A stretch of DNA of 45,983 bases from a virus (IMGVR_UViG_3300017902_000440:1-45983), one strand, 5' to 3'. Numbered from the stretch's first letter, positions 17,657 to 27,712 are shown. Notes: generated from the letters alone by a model not told the origin. A program made the numbers and translations.

Positions 17657-18712
17657 ATGTTATACGTTGACGTAAAATACCTCAATCTTATCTCACACCG
17701 TTTTGAGATTTTCAAACGCAAAAACGACTACCTGTTTAATGTCAGGTGTCCGTTTTGTGGTGACTCAAAGCGCAAACTGAGAAAGATGCGTGGATACTTC
17801 TTTAGGAAAGATAACAGTCTTCTCTACAAGTGTCACAAGTGTGGATACAGTTCTGGTTTTGGTAATGTATTGAAACAACTTGACCCGATATCCTACAAAG
17901 AGTATTGTGTCGAGAAGTTTAGTGATAGTTTCAGAAGTCACACAGATGCGCCTGCTGATTGGCAACCCACGGGTGGTAACTGGACACCGAATGGACACAA
18001 GTTGTTTGACAAGAATGAACAACCACCAGAGCCAAAGGTTGGGAAACTTATAGATAATATAATGGACAGAGTTGATGCTCTGCCCTACGATCACGAGGTT
18101 GTCAAATATGTAGAAGGTCGAGGTATTCCCAAGTCTACATGGAACAGACTTTACTACATTGATAACATCAAGGACATTGTTCAACTAAATGAAAAGTATG
18201 CTGCAAGCATTGTTACGGAGGAACCCCGACTAGCGATCCCATTCTTTGATAGGAGTGGTAGACTTACCGCAGTATCCTTGCGAGGCATGAGAGGTGAAAC
18301 TCTCAGATATATTCTCGTAAAAGTCAGAGAACAATCCCCCACTGTATTTGGATTAGAGCAAGTGGTTGAAGACAATTTGATCACTGTTGTTGAGGGGCCG
18401 ATTGACTCTCTGTTTTTGGAGAACTGTATTGCTTGCTCAGGAACATCATTCAATAAGATTGATGAGCTTGGATTTGATATAGATAATGTGCGTATTATTT
18501 TTGACAATCAACCAAAGAGTAGAGAAGTTTGTAAGTTGATGTCAAAATATGTAGATCGGAATTACAATGTTGTGATATGGCCAGAGAGTATAACTCAGAA
18601 GGACATAAATGACATGGTAAAAGATGGTTTGGACGTTCAAGACATTGTGAACAACAACACATACAATGGATTGTCGGCCAAATTTAAGTTCACTAAATGG
18701 AAAAAATGTTAG
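17657..18712 (+). CDS. 61: DNA primase (T4 gp61)
   Basis: RCPFCGDS...YKCHKC zinc finger; VVEGPIDSLF and FDNQP/KDINDM TOPRIM motifs. Confidence 0.95.
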   Translation: MLYVDVKYLNLISHRFEIFKRKNDYLFNVRCPFCGDSKRKLRKMRGYFFRKDNSLLYKCHKCGYSSGFGNVLKQLDPISYKEYCVEKFSDSFRSHTDAPADWQPTGGNWTPNGHKLFDKNEQPPEPKVGKLIDNIMDRVDALPYDHEVVKYVEGRGIPKSTWNRLYYIDNIKDIVQLNEKYAASIVTEEPRLAIPFFDRSGRLTAVSLRGMRGETLRYILVKVREQSPTVFGLEQVVEDNLITVVEGPIDSLFLENCIACSGTSFNKIDELGFDIDNVRIIFDNQPKSREVCKLMSKYVDRNYNVVIWPESITQKDINDMVKDGLDVQDIVNNNTYNGLSAKFKFTKWKKC

Positions 18713-18722
18713 GAGACTTGTT

Positions 18723-18803
18723 ATGGAAATGCTTGCAATGTATTTTCTAACTTTGACTGTTGCACTTTTAGTTTGGTGCGGTTGGTCATTGAAGAACAAT
18801 TAA
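18723..18803 (+). CDS. 26-aa single-TM protein
   Basis: AGGAG RBS; MEMLAMYFLTLTVALLVWCGWSLKNN. Confidence 0.55.
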   Translation: MEMLAMYFLTLTVALLVWCGWSLKNN

Positions 18804-18813
18804 GGAGATAAAA

Positions 18814-19134
18814 ATGAAAGAATTATGGAATAAAATCAAAGCTTGGTGGCTTGGTTTTGACTATAATCAAGACGGAAAGGTTACTGGCCAAGATGTCAAA
18901 GATGCTGTCGAAGACGTTGTTGAAGATGTCAAAGACAAAGCAGATGAGATCAAGGCGGAAGTAAAATCCCGAGCAAAGAGAGTCAAGGAAGAACTTGACG
19001 ATGTGAAGGATTCCGTTGCTGATGTAGTCGATCAAGCAGGCGACATTGTAGATGCCGCCAAAGGCAAACCTAGGCGTGGTCGTAAGAAAGCCGCACCTAA
19101 GAAGAAGGCTGCACCAAAAAAAACTAAAAAGTAA
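18814..19134 (+). CDS. amphipathic-helix protein with EF-hand-like loop and Lys-rich tail
   Basis: AAGGAG RBS; DYNQDGKVTGQD; D/V/K repeats; KKAAPKKKAAPKK. Confidence 0.75.
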   Translation: MKELWNKIKAWWLGFDYNQDGKVTGQDVKDAVEDVVEDVKDKADEIKAEVKSRAKRVKEELDDVKDSVADVVDQAGDIVDAAKGKPRRGRKKAAPKKKAAPKKTKK

Positions 19135-19148
19135 TTGACAAAGGATAT

Positions 19149-19892
19149 ATGATGAGTGAAGTGAGTTTGATAAGTCTGTCAAAACCAAGTGCTGTTACTG
19201 GTTGTAGTAAGGCATCTGACCTCGTGGCATACACCGCTAGGGTCAGTAATCCGAACAATCAGAACAATACTAAAACAGCACCAAAGTTGTTGAAGTATCT
19301 GATCAAGGAAGAACACTGGTCACCATTTGAAATGGTTCACATGGCAATGGAGATCAAAACCACCCGTGACATAGCAAGACAAATCTTGAGACATCGTAGT
19401 TTTAGTTTTCAAGAGTTTAGTCAGCGATATGCTGTGAGTGAAAACTTTCAGACTCGCAATGCTAGGTTACAAGATACGAAGAATAGACAGAACAGTATCG
19501 AAATTGATCACCAAGTTCGCAAGGACGGAACTTCTACTCCAGAGAGTCGATTGTCGGAACAATGGAATATGAGACAGACTCAATATATCCGTGAAGCCAA
19601 AGAGTTGTATGAATGGGCTTTAGATAATGGTATCGCCAAAGAACAAGCGAGAGCAGTATTACCAGAAGGACTCACAGAGTCTACCCTGTATATGGCTGGT
19701 TCTCTACGTTCTTGGATTCATTATTGTCAGTTACGAATGGGTAATGGGACACAGAAAGAACATGCTGAAGTTGCTGCAAAGTGTTGGGACATAGTTGCCA
19801 TACACTTCCCAGATGTTGTGGAAGCAATTGACGGTTCTTTACCCCAACTGCCCACTGGTGTCACCGTGAAGCAAGAGGACTTGCTATGGTGA
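19149..19892 (+). CDS. thyX: flavin-dependent thymidylate synthase
   Basis: HWSPFE, RQILRHRSFSFQEFSQRY ThyX motif, EQARAVLP, TQKEH. Confidence 0.95.
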   Translation: MMSEVSLISLSKPSAVTGCSKASDLVAYTARVSNPNNQNNTKTAPKLLKYLIKEEHWSPFEMVHMAMEIKTTRDIARQILRHRSFSFQEFSQRYAVSENFQTRNARLQDTKNRQNSIEIDHQVRKDGTSTPESRLSEQWNMRQTQYIREAKELYEWALDNGIAKEQARAVLPEGLTESTLYMAGSLRSWIHYCQLRMGNGTQKEHAEVAAKCWDIVAIHFPDVVEAIDGSLPQLPTGVTVKQEDLLW

Positions 19893-20704
19893 GTAAATTT
19901 TTTCGATACAAAGCTTTTGAGAGAATTTACGGAAAAACAGAAGACGATCAAGAGACACAAGACAGAGTAACAGAAAAGATCAAGTTTGCTACTCAATCTG
20001 ATTTTGATCGTCAGACACCAATAACTCAAGATTTCTGGTCTACTGATAGTTTATCTGAATTTGAAAAAAATAAAACAAAGAGACCAGAAGAATTAAAAAA
20101 GTATGGTTGGTTGGAAACACCAATCACATACGACTTGAACGAGTATGGGTATAGAGAAGATTCTTTTCACTATTCACCAGAAAGTTATATTGCTATCGGT
20201 GAGTGTTTCACCGTAGGCACAGGACTACCAGAGACTATGATCTGGCCGTCCATGTTAGAATCAAAAGGTTTGGGAAAAGTCTGGAATCTTGCACTGCCTG
20301 AGTCTGGTCTTGATACTACCTTCAGAAGTTTATACAGTTGGTTGTCAGTGATACAACCCACGGCGGTTCTATTATTAGAGAACAGTCAATTAGCAAGAGA
20401 AGTTTACACCGATGAAGTCAGTGATAAGATTGGTCATTGGTCACCGGCAGGGTGGAAACGTGATCTGGTAGGAGACAAGGTAGAAAGGTTTCTATCCAGA
20501 CAAAAGAATTTGATGGCAATCAGTGAATTGTGTCAAGAGAACAAAACAGAATTGAAAATAATTAGTGCGGCAGAAAGACACGAAATTGGTATGAATGCTT
20601 GGCAGGGAAATGAAAATGAAAAGTTTGCCGCTTCACGGGATTTGATGCACCCCGGCCTACATTTTCAACAAGCAATAACGCAGAGATGGTTAGAGGAAAT
20701 ATAA
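19886..20704 (+). CDS. SGNH/GDSL-like protein (Ser replaced by Cys)
   Basis: Y.LN..GYR, AIGECFT.G.G, WNLA...SG, RDLMHPG. Confidence 0.55.
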   Translation: MVSKFFRYKAFERIYGKTEDDQETQDRVTEKIKFATQSDFDRQTPITQDFWSTDSLSEFEKNKTKRPEELKKYGWLETPITYDLNEYGYREDSFHYSPESYIAIGECFTVGTGLPETMIWPSMLESKGLGKVWNLALPESGLDTTFRSLYSWLSVIQPTAVLLLENSQLAREVYTDEVSDKIGHWSPAGWKRDLVGDKVERFLSRQKNLMAISELCQENKTELKIISAAERHEIGMNAWQGNENEKFAASRDLMHPGLHFQQAITQRWLEEI

Positions 20705-22504
20705 ATGGCAAAGCAAGAATATATGGGTATCCAGATTGATACATCCCGTGACGAATTGTTCGATAAGTTGGGTATACAAAGACTAAAAGAAAGTTACATG
20801 ACTGATGATGAGGATACACCACAAAAGAGGTTTGCTTTTGTCAGTTCCAATTTTGCCAGTAATCCAGAACACGCACAGAGATTATATGACTACTCCAGTA
20901 AACATTGGTTGTCATATTCCACACCTATTTTGTCGTTTGGTAGGTCAAAGAAAGGAATGCCCATCTCTTGTTTTCTTAACTACATAAACGATACAGCGGA
21001 GGGTTTAGTTGAAAATCTATCGGAAACAAATTGGCTTAGTATGCTTGGTGGGGGTGTTGGTATTGGGTTTGGTATTCGATCTAGTGATGATAAGTCTACT
21101 GGTGTTATGCCCCACCTCAAAACTTACGACTCATCTTGTTTGGCTTATAGGCAAGGGCGGACTCGCCGTGGTTCCTATGCTACCTATTTAGATATCTCAC
21201 ACCCAGATGTGATTCATTTCCTTGAGATGCGGAAACCAACGGGTGATCAGAATTGGAGATGTCTCAATCTACATCACGGTATCAATATCAGTGACCGTTT
21301 CATGGAGATCGTTGAACGGTGCATGACAGACCCAGAGGTAGATGACGGATGGAATTTGATTGATCCCCATAGTGGTGAGGTCAGAGACACAGTTTCCGCT
21401 CGTGCCTTGTGGCAAAAGATTTTAGAGATGAGAATGGAGACAGGTGAACCCTACATTCATTTCATCGACACCAGTAATCGACACCTACCAGAATTTCAAA
21501 AAGAATTGGGACTGAAGATTCACCAATCTAATTTGTGTTCTGAGATCATTCTTCCCACTGACAAGGAGAGAACAGCAGTATGTTGTCTGTCCTCTGTTAA
21601 TCTTGAGAACTATGATGCTTGGTCTAAGGATAACAATTTCCTAAAAGACGTTGCCGAGATGCTGGACAACGTGTTACAATACTTCATAGACAACGCACCA
21701 GATACAGTGAGTCGAGCAAAGTATTCTGCAAAAAGAGAACGCAGTATTGGTATCGGTGCTCTAGGATTTCACGCATACTTACAGAAGAAGAATATCCCTT
21801 GGGAAAGTGCGACTGCTAAGGGAACCAACTTGAGAATGTTCAAACTTATTAGGAGTAAATTGGATGATGCAAACTTGGAACTTGGTAAAACAAGAGGCGA
21901 GGCGCCTGATGCGGCAGGCACAGGACGAAGATTTAGTCATGTTATGGCTGTCGCTCCCAATGCTAGTAGTAGTATTATTATGGGAAACACTTCACCGTCT
22001 ATTGAACCTTTTAGGGCTAACGCATACCGTCAGGACACACTTAGCGGTGCGTATTTCAACAAAAATAAGTATCTGGATAGTCTCATTCAAGATAAAGTTA
22101 AAGAGAACAAAAAACTGGATTATGAGGAGATTTGGTCGAGTATAATTGCCAACGATGGTTCTGTGCAACACCTAGATGTCTTCACTGATTGGGAAAAGGA
22201 TGTGTTCAAGACTGCCATGGAGATTGATCAACGATGGGTCATTGAACATGGTGCAGACCGACAGTTTTATATTGATCAGGCACAGTCATTGAATCTATTT
22301 TTCCGTCCAGATGTGAATATCAAGTATCTACACGCCGTGCATTTTCTCGCATGGAAACAAGGACTCAAGACATTATACTACTGTCGATCAGAGAAACTAG
22401 GAAAAGCAGATAGAGTTTCAAAGAGGATTGAAAGAGAAGTCATCAAGGAACTAGATTTCCAAAGTATGATTGATGGTGACAATTGTGTAGCATGTGAGGG
22501 ATAA
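20705..22504 (+). CDS. nrdA: ribonucleotide reductase class I alpha subunit (no ATP cone)
   Basis: PISCF, GGGVG, SNLCSEI, APNASSS, DQAQSLN, LKTLYY, C-terminal CVACEG. Confidence 0.97.
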   Translation: MAKQEYMGIQIDTSRDELFDKLGIQRLKESYMTDDEDTPQKRFAFVSSNFASNPEHAQRLYDYSSKHWLSYSTPILSFGRSKKGMPISCFLNYINDTAEGLVENLSETNWLSMLGGGVGIGFGIRSSDDKSTGVMPHLKTYDSSCLAYRQGRTRRGSYATYLDISHPDVIHFLEMRKPTGDQNWRCLNLHHGINISDRFMEIVERCMTDPEVDDGWNLIDPHSGEVRDTVSARALWQKILEMRMETGEPYIHFIDTSNRHLPEFQKELGLKIHQSNLCSEIILPTDKERTAVCCLSSVNLENYDAWSKDNNFLKDVAEMLDNVLQYFIDNAPDTVSRAKYSAKRERSIGIGALGFHAYLQKKNIPWESATAKGTNLRMFKLIRSKLDDANLELGKTRGEAPDAAGTGRRFSHVMAVAPNASSSIIMGNTSPSIEPFRANAYRQDTLSGAYFNKNKYLDSLIQDKVKENKKLDYEEIWSSIIANDGSVQHLDVFTDWEKDVFKTAMEIDQRWVIEHGADRQFYIDQAQSLNLFFRPDVNIKYLHAVHFLAWKQGLKTLYYCRSEKLGKADRVSKRIEREVIKELDFQSMIDGDNCVACEG

Positions 22505-22505
22505 C

Positions 22506-23129
22506 ATGTTTTATACTTTAGAAAACATGATCCCGATAAATAAAAGAATCGCTGTCGTGGTATCTGGTGGATGGGACAGTGCAGTGCTATGGTATATGAC
22601 CAAAAGTATCTGTCTCGAGCGAAACCAAGTTTGTAACCCCTTCACAGTCCCTAAGTTGGACGGTGCAGAACATTACGCAAACAAAGTTTTAGAATGGTCT
22701 TGTAAGCGATTAGACATACCAGTTGTGAAAACAACACTAGTAGGTCAAATTAGTTCAGATAACCCCTCAGATTATGTCACAAGTGGGGCGTATGAGATTT
22801 TTGAAAAGGACTATGCTGACTACTTACTCAACGGTATGAATAAGTATCCCCCAAATCAACGGGACATGTTGCCCGAGGGATACCCTTTACCCAATGATCG
22901 TTGGGAACCGAAGCCAGAACATAAGGAGTTTGTAGGACATCCATTTGCTGATATGACCAAAGACCAAACCATACAGTTGGGATTTAGTCTTGGTATTGCA
23001 GATGAGATCATGCCCATCACTCACTCATGCACTGAGTTAGATCGGGGTCGATGCGGCGATTGTTGGTGGTGTAAAGAACGAGAATGGGGTTTCAAACAAA
23101 TAAACAAAAAGGATAGCGGAAATGAGTAA
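22506..23129 (+). CDS. QueC-like PP-loop ATPase
   Basis: VVSGGWDSA PP-loop; PF..MTK; THSC-x7-CGDCWWC.ER zinc cluster. Confidence 0.7.
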   Translation: MFYTLENMIPINKRIAVVVSGGWDSAVLWYMTKSICLERNQVCNPFTVPKLDGAEHYANKVLEWSCKRLDIPVVKTTLVGQISSDNPSDYVTSGAYEIFEKDYADYLLNGMNKYPPNQRDMLPEGYPLPNDRWEPKPEHKEFVGHPFADMTKDQTIQLGFSLGIADEIMPITHSCTELDRGRCGDCWWCKEREWGFKQINKKDSGNE

Positions 23130-23340
23130 AGTAATGATATTGTCAAGGGATGACTGCCGATACTGTGCAGATGCCAAGGGGTTCCTAACAGGTATGGAGA
23201 TTCCATTTGAAGAACAACATAAACCAGAAGGTGCAGTTCCACAAATTTACATAGATGGTAGATTGGTTGGAGGTTATTCAGACCTAATTGATATGAGTCG
23301 CACGCCAGAATGGGATACATATTTTAACGAGGGACAATAA
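23122..23340 (+). CDS. nrdC: glutaredoxin
   Basis: CRYC, VPQIYIDG..VGGY.DL; lies between nrdA and nrdB. Confidence 0.9.
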   Translation: MSKVMILSRDDCRYCADAKGFLTGMEIPFEEQHKPEGAVPQIYIDGRLVGGYSDLIDMSRTPEWDTYFNEGQ

Positions 23341-24327
23341 ATGCCACCTGTAACAAAACTAACAGACGAAAGAACATACTTCAAACCATTTAACTATCCG
23401 TGGGCATACGAGTCTTGGCTGAAACATGAACAGTCACACTGGTTGCACACAGAAGTTCCTATGGCGGAGGATGTCAAAGATTGGAAAGACAGACTAACCA
23501 AAGAGGAACAAGGTTTCCTCACAAACATTTTTAGATTTTTTGTTCAAGGTGACGTTGACGTTGCCGGTGGATACATTAATAATTATTTGCCTTACTTCCC
23601 CCAGCCGGAAGTTCGTATGATGTTAGCAGGGTTCGCTGCCCGTGAGGCACTACACGTTGCTGCATACGCACACTTGATCGAAACTCTTGGTATGCCAGAG
23701 TCTACTTACAATGAGTTCTTAGAATATGAAGCAATGGCAGATAAACATGATTACTTCATGGACTTGTCTGCGGCGAATGGAACACCTGAGTCTGTTGCTA
23801 CAAATATTGCAGCGTTCTCAGCATTTACAGAAGGTATGCAGTTATTCAGTTCCTTTATCATGTTGTTGAACTTCCCACGCCACGGTAAGATGAAAGGCAT
23901 GGGTCAGATTGTCACATGGTCTATTGTTGATGAGACTATGCACGCCGAGTCAATGATCAAGTTGTTCCGAACATATGTAGAAGAAAACAGAAATATCTGG
24001 AACGACAAACTCAAGAGGGAAATATACACCATTGCCGAAAAGATGGTGGAATTGGAAGAAAAGTTTATTGAACTTGCATTTGCCATGGGGCCGATGGATG
24101 GGTTGACAAAAGAAGAAGTCAAGAAGTATATTCGATACATTGCTGATCGAAGGTTGATCAGTATGGGTATGCGTGGCATCTTCAAAGTGAAAAGGAACCC
24201 ACTACCTTGGGTTGAGGAAATGATTAATGCACCAACACATACGAACTTCTTTGAAAATCGTGCTACTGACTATGCTCGTGGGGCACTTAGTGGTGATTGG
24301 GGTGACGTATGGGGTTCTGCTGCGTGA
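23341..24327 (+). CDS. nrdB: ribonucleotide reductase class I beta subunit
   Basis: HWL..EVPM..D, FF.QGD, EALH..AY, EG..LFSSF, DETMH, NFFE.R..DY. Confidence 0.97.
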   Translation: MPPVTKLTDERTYFKPFNYPWAYESWLKHEQSHWLHTEVPMAEDVKDWKDRLTKEEQGFLTNIFRFFVQGDVDVAGGYINNYLPYFPQPEVRMMLAGFAAREALHVAAYAHLIETLGMPESTYNEFLEYEAMADKHDYFMDLSAANGTPESVATNIAAFSAFTEGMQLFSSFIMLLNFPRHGKMKGMGQIVTWSIVDETMHAESMIKLFRTYVEENRNIWNDKLKREIYTIAEKMVELEEKFIELAFAMGPMDGLTKEEVKKYIRYIADRRLISMGMRGIFKVKRNPLPWVEEMINAPTHTNFFENRATDYARGALSGDWGDVWGSAA

Positions 24328-24524
24328 GGCCCCTTTTTATTGAGTGTGAGAGTTGTGAGTCAACATATCAACTTAAACACGACATGTCAGAACGCCACTA
24401 TCAACCAAAATACTGCACTTTTTGTGGCGAAGAACTGACAGAGTATTATGACCCGAACCAACGGGAACTCTTTGATGAGGACATTGATGATGACACAGAC
24501 GATTGGGACACCGACCAAATTTGA
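24324..24524 (+). CDS. zinc-ribbon protein
   Basis: GTG start overlapping the nrdB stop; CESC...YCTFCG; acidic tail. Confidence 0.7.
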   Translation: MRPLFIECESCESTYQLKHDMSERHYQPKYCTFCGEELTEYYDPNQRELFDEDIDDDTDDWDTDQI

Positions 24525-24963
24525 TCATGCACATATGCAAACGGCAGAAGTATATGCCAAGTTGTCTTCCGCTGAACGATTGAAGGTCGGTTGTATTATT
24601 GTAAAAGAGAACAGAATCATCTCTATTGGTTACAATGGTATGCCATCTGGTTGGACAAACGAATGTGAGACATGGACATCTGATGTAAGTTTTGATGTTC
24701 ACGATGATGACAAAAATATCTACGGTGAATTCAAAACCAAACCAGAGGTTTTACATGCAGAGACAAATGCAATCGCAAAGGTTGCTAGGTCATATGAAAG
24801 TGCTGTTGATTCTGTTCTCTATTGCACACACGCACCCTGCCTAGACTGCGCCAAGTTGATTTATCAATCTGGTGTATCGAAGGTATTTTGGCGTTATAAG
24901 TATAAGTGTGATGCTGGTATAAAATTCTTAGGTGACTGCAATATAGACTGTATGCAAATATGA
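24487..24963 (+). CDS. cd: dCMP deaminase
   Basis: KVGC.IV, IGYNG.PSG, HAE.NAI, PCLDC. Confidence 0.93.
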   Translation: MMTQTIGTPTKFDHAHMQTAEVYAKLSSAERLKVGCIIVKENRIISIGYNGMPSGWTNECETWTSDVSFDVHDDDKNIYGEFKTKPEVLHAETNAIAKVARSYESAVDSVLYCTHAPCLDCAKLIYQSGVSKVFWRYKYKCDAGIKFLGDCNIDCMQI

Positions 24964-25592
24964 ACAACATTCGTGGATTTATGTTAGATGGCGATTATGA
25001 TGCCATCAAAAAAATATGTGAACCTTTCCTAGACAGAGAAAATGTGCGTGTGTTTGAAATCGGCACATTGTATGGAAAAAGTGCAGTTGCATTTGATGAT
25101 TCTCTTGATGGTGTCCCACACACCATAACTACACTAGACACCTGTTCTGGATGGCACGGCCCTACAGAGGAAATGATGGAGCAGTTGCAGTTGACTGAAG
25201 ATTTTCGTCAACAAGTTTACGCAAACAGAAGCACACCAGAGGAACAGTTCGCAGAGATACAAGAAAATATAAAAGATAGACCAATTCATTTTCTTGCTGA
25301 AAAGTGGACTAAGTGGTATACCTGTCCAGCAAAAGTGCCCAACATAGTTTTCTATGATGGGTCTCACTCATACGAAGAAACAGAAGATGTGCTGGACTAT
25401 TGGTTTCCAAAGATGTCCAGAGGAGATGTCATTGCTATTGATGATTATGGATTGGGACAATGGGATGGATTGAAAGAAGCAGTCGATGAATTTTGTGATG
25501 GTTGGGATCAAGAGATAGTATCTTACCCAGATTCCAAAATAGTATCCATCACTATAAGAGACTCAATCGTGGAGAAGGGGAATGTTTGTTGA
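24960..25592 (+). CDS. class I SAM-dependent methyltransferase (Methyltransf_24-like)
   Basis: FEIGTLYGKS, VFYDGSHSYE, IAIDDY. Confidence 0.8.
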   Translation: MNNIRGFMLDGDYDAIKKICEPFLDRENVRVFEIGTLYGKSAVAFDDSLDGVPHTITTLDTCSGWHGPTEEMMEQLQLTEDFRQQVYANRSTPEEQFAEIQENIKDRPIHFLAEKWTKWYTCPAKVPNIVFYDGSHSYEETEDVLDYWFPKMSRGDVIAIDDYGLGQWDGLKEAVDEFCDGWDQEIVSYPDSKIVSITIRDSIVEKGNVC

Positions 25593-26238
25593 TTTTTATG
25601 GTTCTAATTTAGAACATGATGAATCAGTTTTTATACCGACAACAATAACAAAATTTGCGGCACTCAAGATTCCAGTAGACGGAAAGAAAGTCCTAGACCT
25701 TGGGTGTGGCATAGGCCCACTTGCTATATACTACGCAAAGAATGGTGCCGATTCTGTAACTGCTGCTGATGTTTACGATAGACATGTTGAGTATACCAAA
25801 TGGAACGCCATGAGAAATGACGTTGACATTGAGGTGATACAAAGTGATCTGTTTGAGAACATAGAAGAAAAGTTTGATGTCATATCCTGTGATGTATCCG
25901 GCGTAGATCGTAGGGTCGCAGAGATGTCAGGGTGGTTCCCCAATGGGGTTCCAACAGCAGACGAAACGGGTGCAGATATTATATGCAGGGCAATAAAAGA
26001 CGCACCCAGATACCTAAATAAAGGAGGAGAATTATATGTATGTGCTACACAATTCTCTGACTTGAAAAAAATACAGGATGCGATGGAAAAAAACAATGGG
26101 AGTATGATCTTTGAGAAACCCATACCCTTTTCAAAGGAGTTGGTGGAGAACGTGGATAGACTAAATCCAGAACACTACCAGAAAAGGGGATCACGGTATA
26201 CTTGGAACTTCTCTCTGTGGAAACTGGAGGTTGCATGA
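25582..26238 (+). CDS. class I SAM-dependent methyltransferase (HemK/MTS-like)
   Basis: VF.PT, VLDLGCGIG, V.AAD, SDLFE...KFDVI, YL..GG.L; lacks NPPY (has DVSG). Confidence 0.85.
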   Translation: MFVDFYGSNLEHDESVFIPTTITKFAALKIPVDGKKVLDLGCGIGPLAIYYAKNGADSVTAADVYDRHVEYTKWNAMRNDVDIEVIQSDLFENIEEKFDVISCDVSGVDRRVAEMSGWFPNGVPTADETGADIICRAIKDAPRYLNKGGELYVCATQFSDLKKIQDAMEKNNGSMIFEKPIPFSKELVENVDRLNPEHYQKRGSRYTWNFSLWKLEVA

Positions 26239-26411
26239 CAGATTGGTTATACAAGAAACTGGCACCGTATCGTGCATGGTTGGACACACTACCACTGTGG
26301 AAACGTATACTCGCTGAACTAGTGAGTATCGCCATAGTCACTGCGCCATTCACATTGGGGATATACTGGTTGACAGGCGAAACATACATATTCTTCCCAG
26401 TTGCACAATGA
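26235..26411 (+). CDS. small membrane protein
   Basis: GGAGG RBS, ATGA coupling, one hydrophobic helix. Confidence 0.65.
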   Translation: MTDWLYKKLAPYRAWLDTLPLWKRILAELVSIAIVTAPFTLGIYWLTGETYIFFPVAQ

Positions 26412-26590
26412 AGAATAAAATTAATTACAACGCAAAGAGACCCAAGATTAAAACTGTGGCGAAAGAGGAGGCATGGGAGAGATTATACGGTTCTGGTAAC
26501 ACCATAAATAGTAACTCAACAAGTGATGAGTTACCAGATGGCTATGAGTGGAACGAGAAAAAAACGAAAATCATCCCCAAAGAAACATAG
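26408..26590 (+). CDS. hypothetical protein
   Basis: 60 aa, ATGA coupling. Confidence 0.55.
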   Translation: MKNKINYNAKRPKIKTVAKEEAWERLYGSGNTINSNSTSDELPDGYEWNEKKTKIIPKET

Positions 26591-26882
26591 AGTCTATTGC
26601 ACCTACTTCCCCGATGGTAGGTATTATATCGGGTATTCATGCAAAACAGAACGTTTGTATGAAAAATACTATGGAAGTTCGACAATCGTGAAAGAGTATG
26701 AGGGTGAATTGACAAAAGAAACAATTGCAGAGTTTGATAAAAAATCACACGCCAAGATGCAAGAATTTCTTTTACAGTGGCAACAAAGAGATGATGATAA
26801 GTGTATCAATGATATGCTCAACATTAGACTCAGAAGAAGTCACTTAACAGAATTCAACCCCGTCAAGTGGAGTCCCAAATGA
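26523..26882 (+). CDS. GIY-YIG nuclease, T4 endonuclease II (DenA)-like
   Basis: RVYCTY...RYYIGYS, YYGSS, E..Q, IN; stand-alone catalytic domain near nrd genes; start may be 26538. Confidence 0.7.
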   Translation: MMSYQMAMSGTRKKRKSSPKKHRVYCTYFPDGRYYIGYSCKTERLYEKYYGSSTIVKEYEGELTKETIAEFDKKSHAKMQEFLLQWQQRDDDKCINDMLNIRLRRSHLTEFNPVKWSPK

Positions 26883-27712
26883 GTAATCACATTTTTATTT
26901 TTGGTGGGCCGAGGAATGGTTCTTGGCACTACCAGTTTGCCCGCACTACAATGGATGATACACTTTATTCAGGCACAGAATCACTGGATATGGTTGGAGA
27001 CAATTCCAGAGTGTTTGGTGAGACAAAGTATTATGGAACGGTGTTCCGAGAAGGTTTAGATCATATTTACAAGAATCTTAGACTAGAATCATTCACTCAG
27101 CCGGGCAACTTCTTTGAAACCTGTTTACTACAACCGACAGAAACATTTTTCTATAACCTTGATATAATAGAAGATGCAGGCAAATATCTACTGGTGAAAG
27201 GATTTGAACAGAGCATTGGTTTGATTGAAGCGACAGACCACACGAAATTATATTTACGCAGACCTATGAAAGATCAGTGGAGATCGTATGCTATTTGTCA
27301 ATTGACTAAAAGGTGGCAGTGGGAAAAGAACGAACTCACTCGCCTTGAACCAAAACCTAGGCCCGGCGGATTTGGGCCCAGACGGGGAGTGATATGGAAA
27401 TCGCCACGAATTGAGATGGGCGACTTTGATAAAGAGTCAGCTCAGTTTGACTTTATGAAAAGAATGTATACTGTGTTGAAGTTTTATCAAAAACATCACG
27501 AGGCAGAGAACTTTGTTGAAGTGCCTTTCAAATCTGTTGTTGAGATGCCAGCGGTAAGTCCGATAACAAAAACACCAGAACTTGATTTATCTGATGAGGT
27601 TCAAGAGTGGATTACAGACATGACACCATTCGACAAACCCCTAGAGGAGACAGATAAGAAACATGAAATGCTGTCCCTAAATGATTTGGAGAGTCAACTA
27701 TGGCCTTCTTAG
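26879..27712 (+). CDS. sulfotransferase-like protein (Stf0-type motifs)
   Basis: IFIFGGPRNGS (5'-PSB-like), LYLRR..KDQWRSY (3'-PB-like). Confidence 0.5.
   Translation: MSNHIFIFGGPRNGSWHYQFARTTMDDTLYSGTESLDMVGDNSRVFGETKYYGTVFREGLDHIYKNLRLESFTQPGNFFETCLLQPTETFFYNLDIIEDAGKYLLVKGFEQSIGLIEATDHTKLYLRRPMKDQWRSYAICQLTKRWQWEKNELTRLEPKPRPGGFGPRRGVIWKSPRIEMGDFDKESAQFDFMKRMYTVLKFYQKHHEAENFVEVPFKSVVEMPAVSPITKTPELDLSDEVQEWITDMTPFDKPLEETDKKHEMLSLNDLESQLWPS

Noticed and set aside
19149-24327. Introns or inteins in thyX, nrdA or nrdB
   Set aside because: All three ORFs are continuous, of normal length, with motifs in order
26523-26882. Mobile GIY-YIG homing endonuclease
   Set aside because: Catalytic domain only, with no DNA-binding extension and no intron context; fits a DenA-like stand-alone nuclease better
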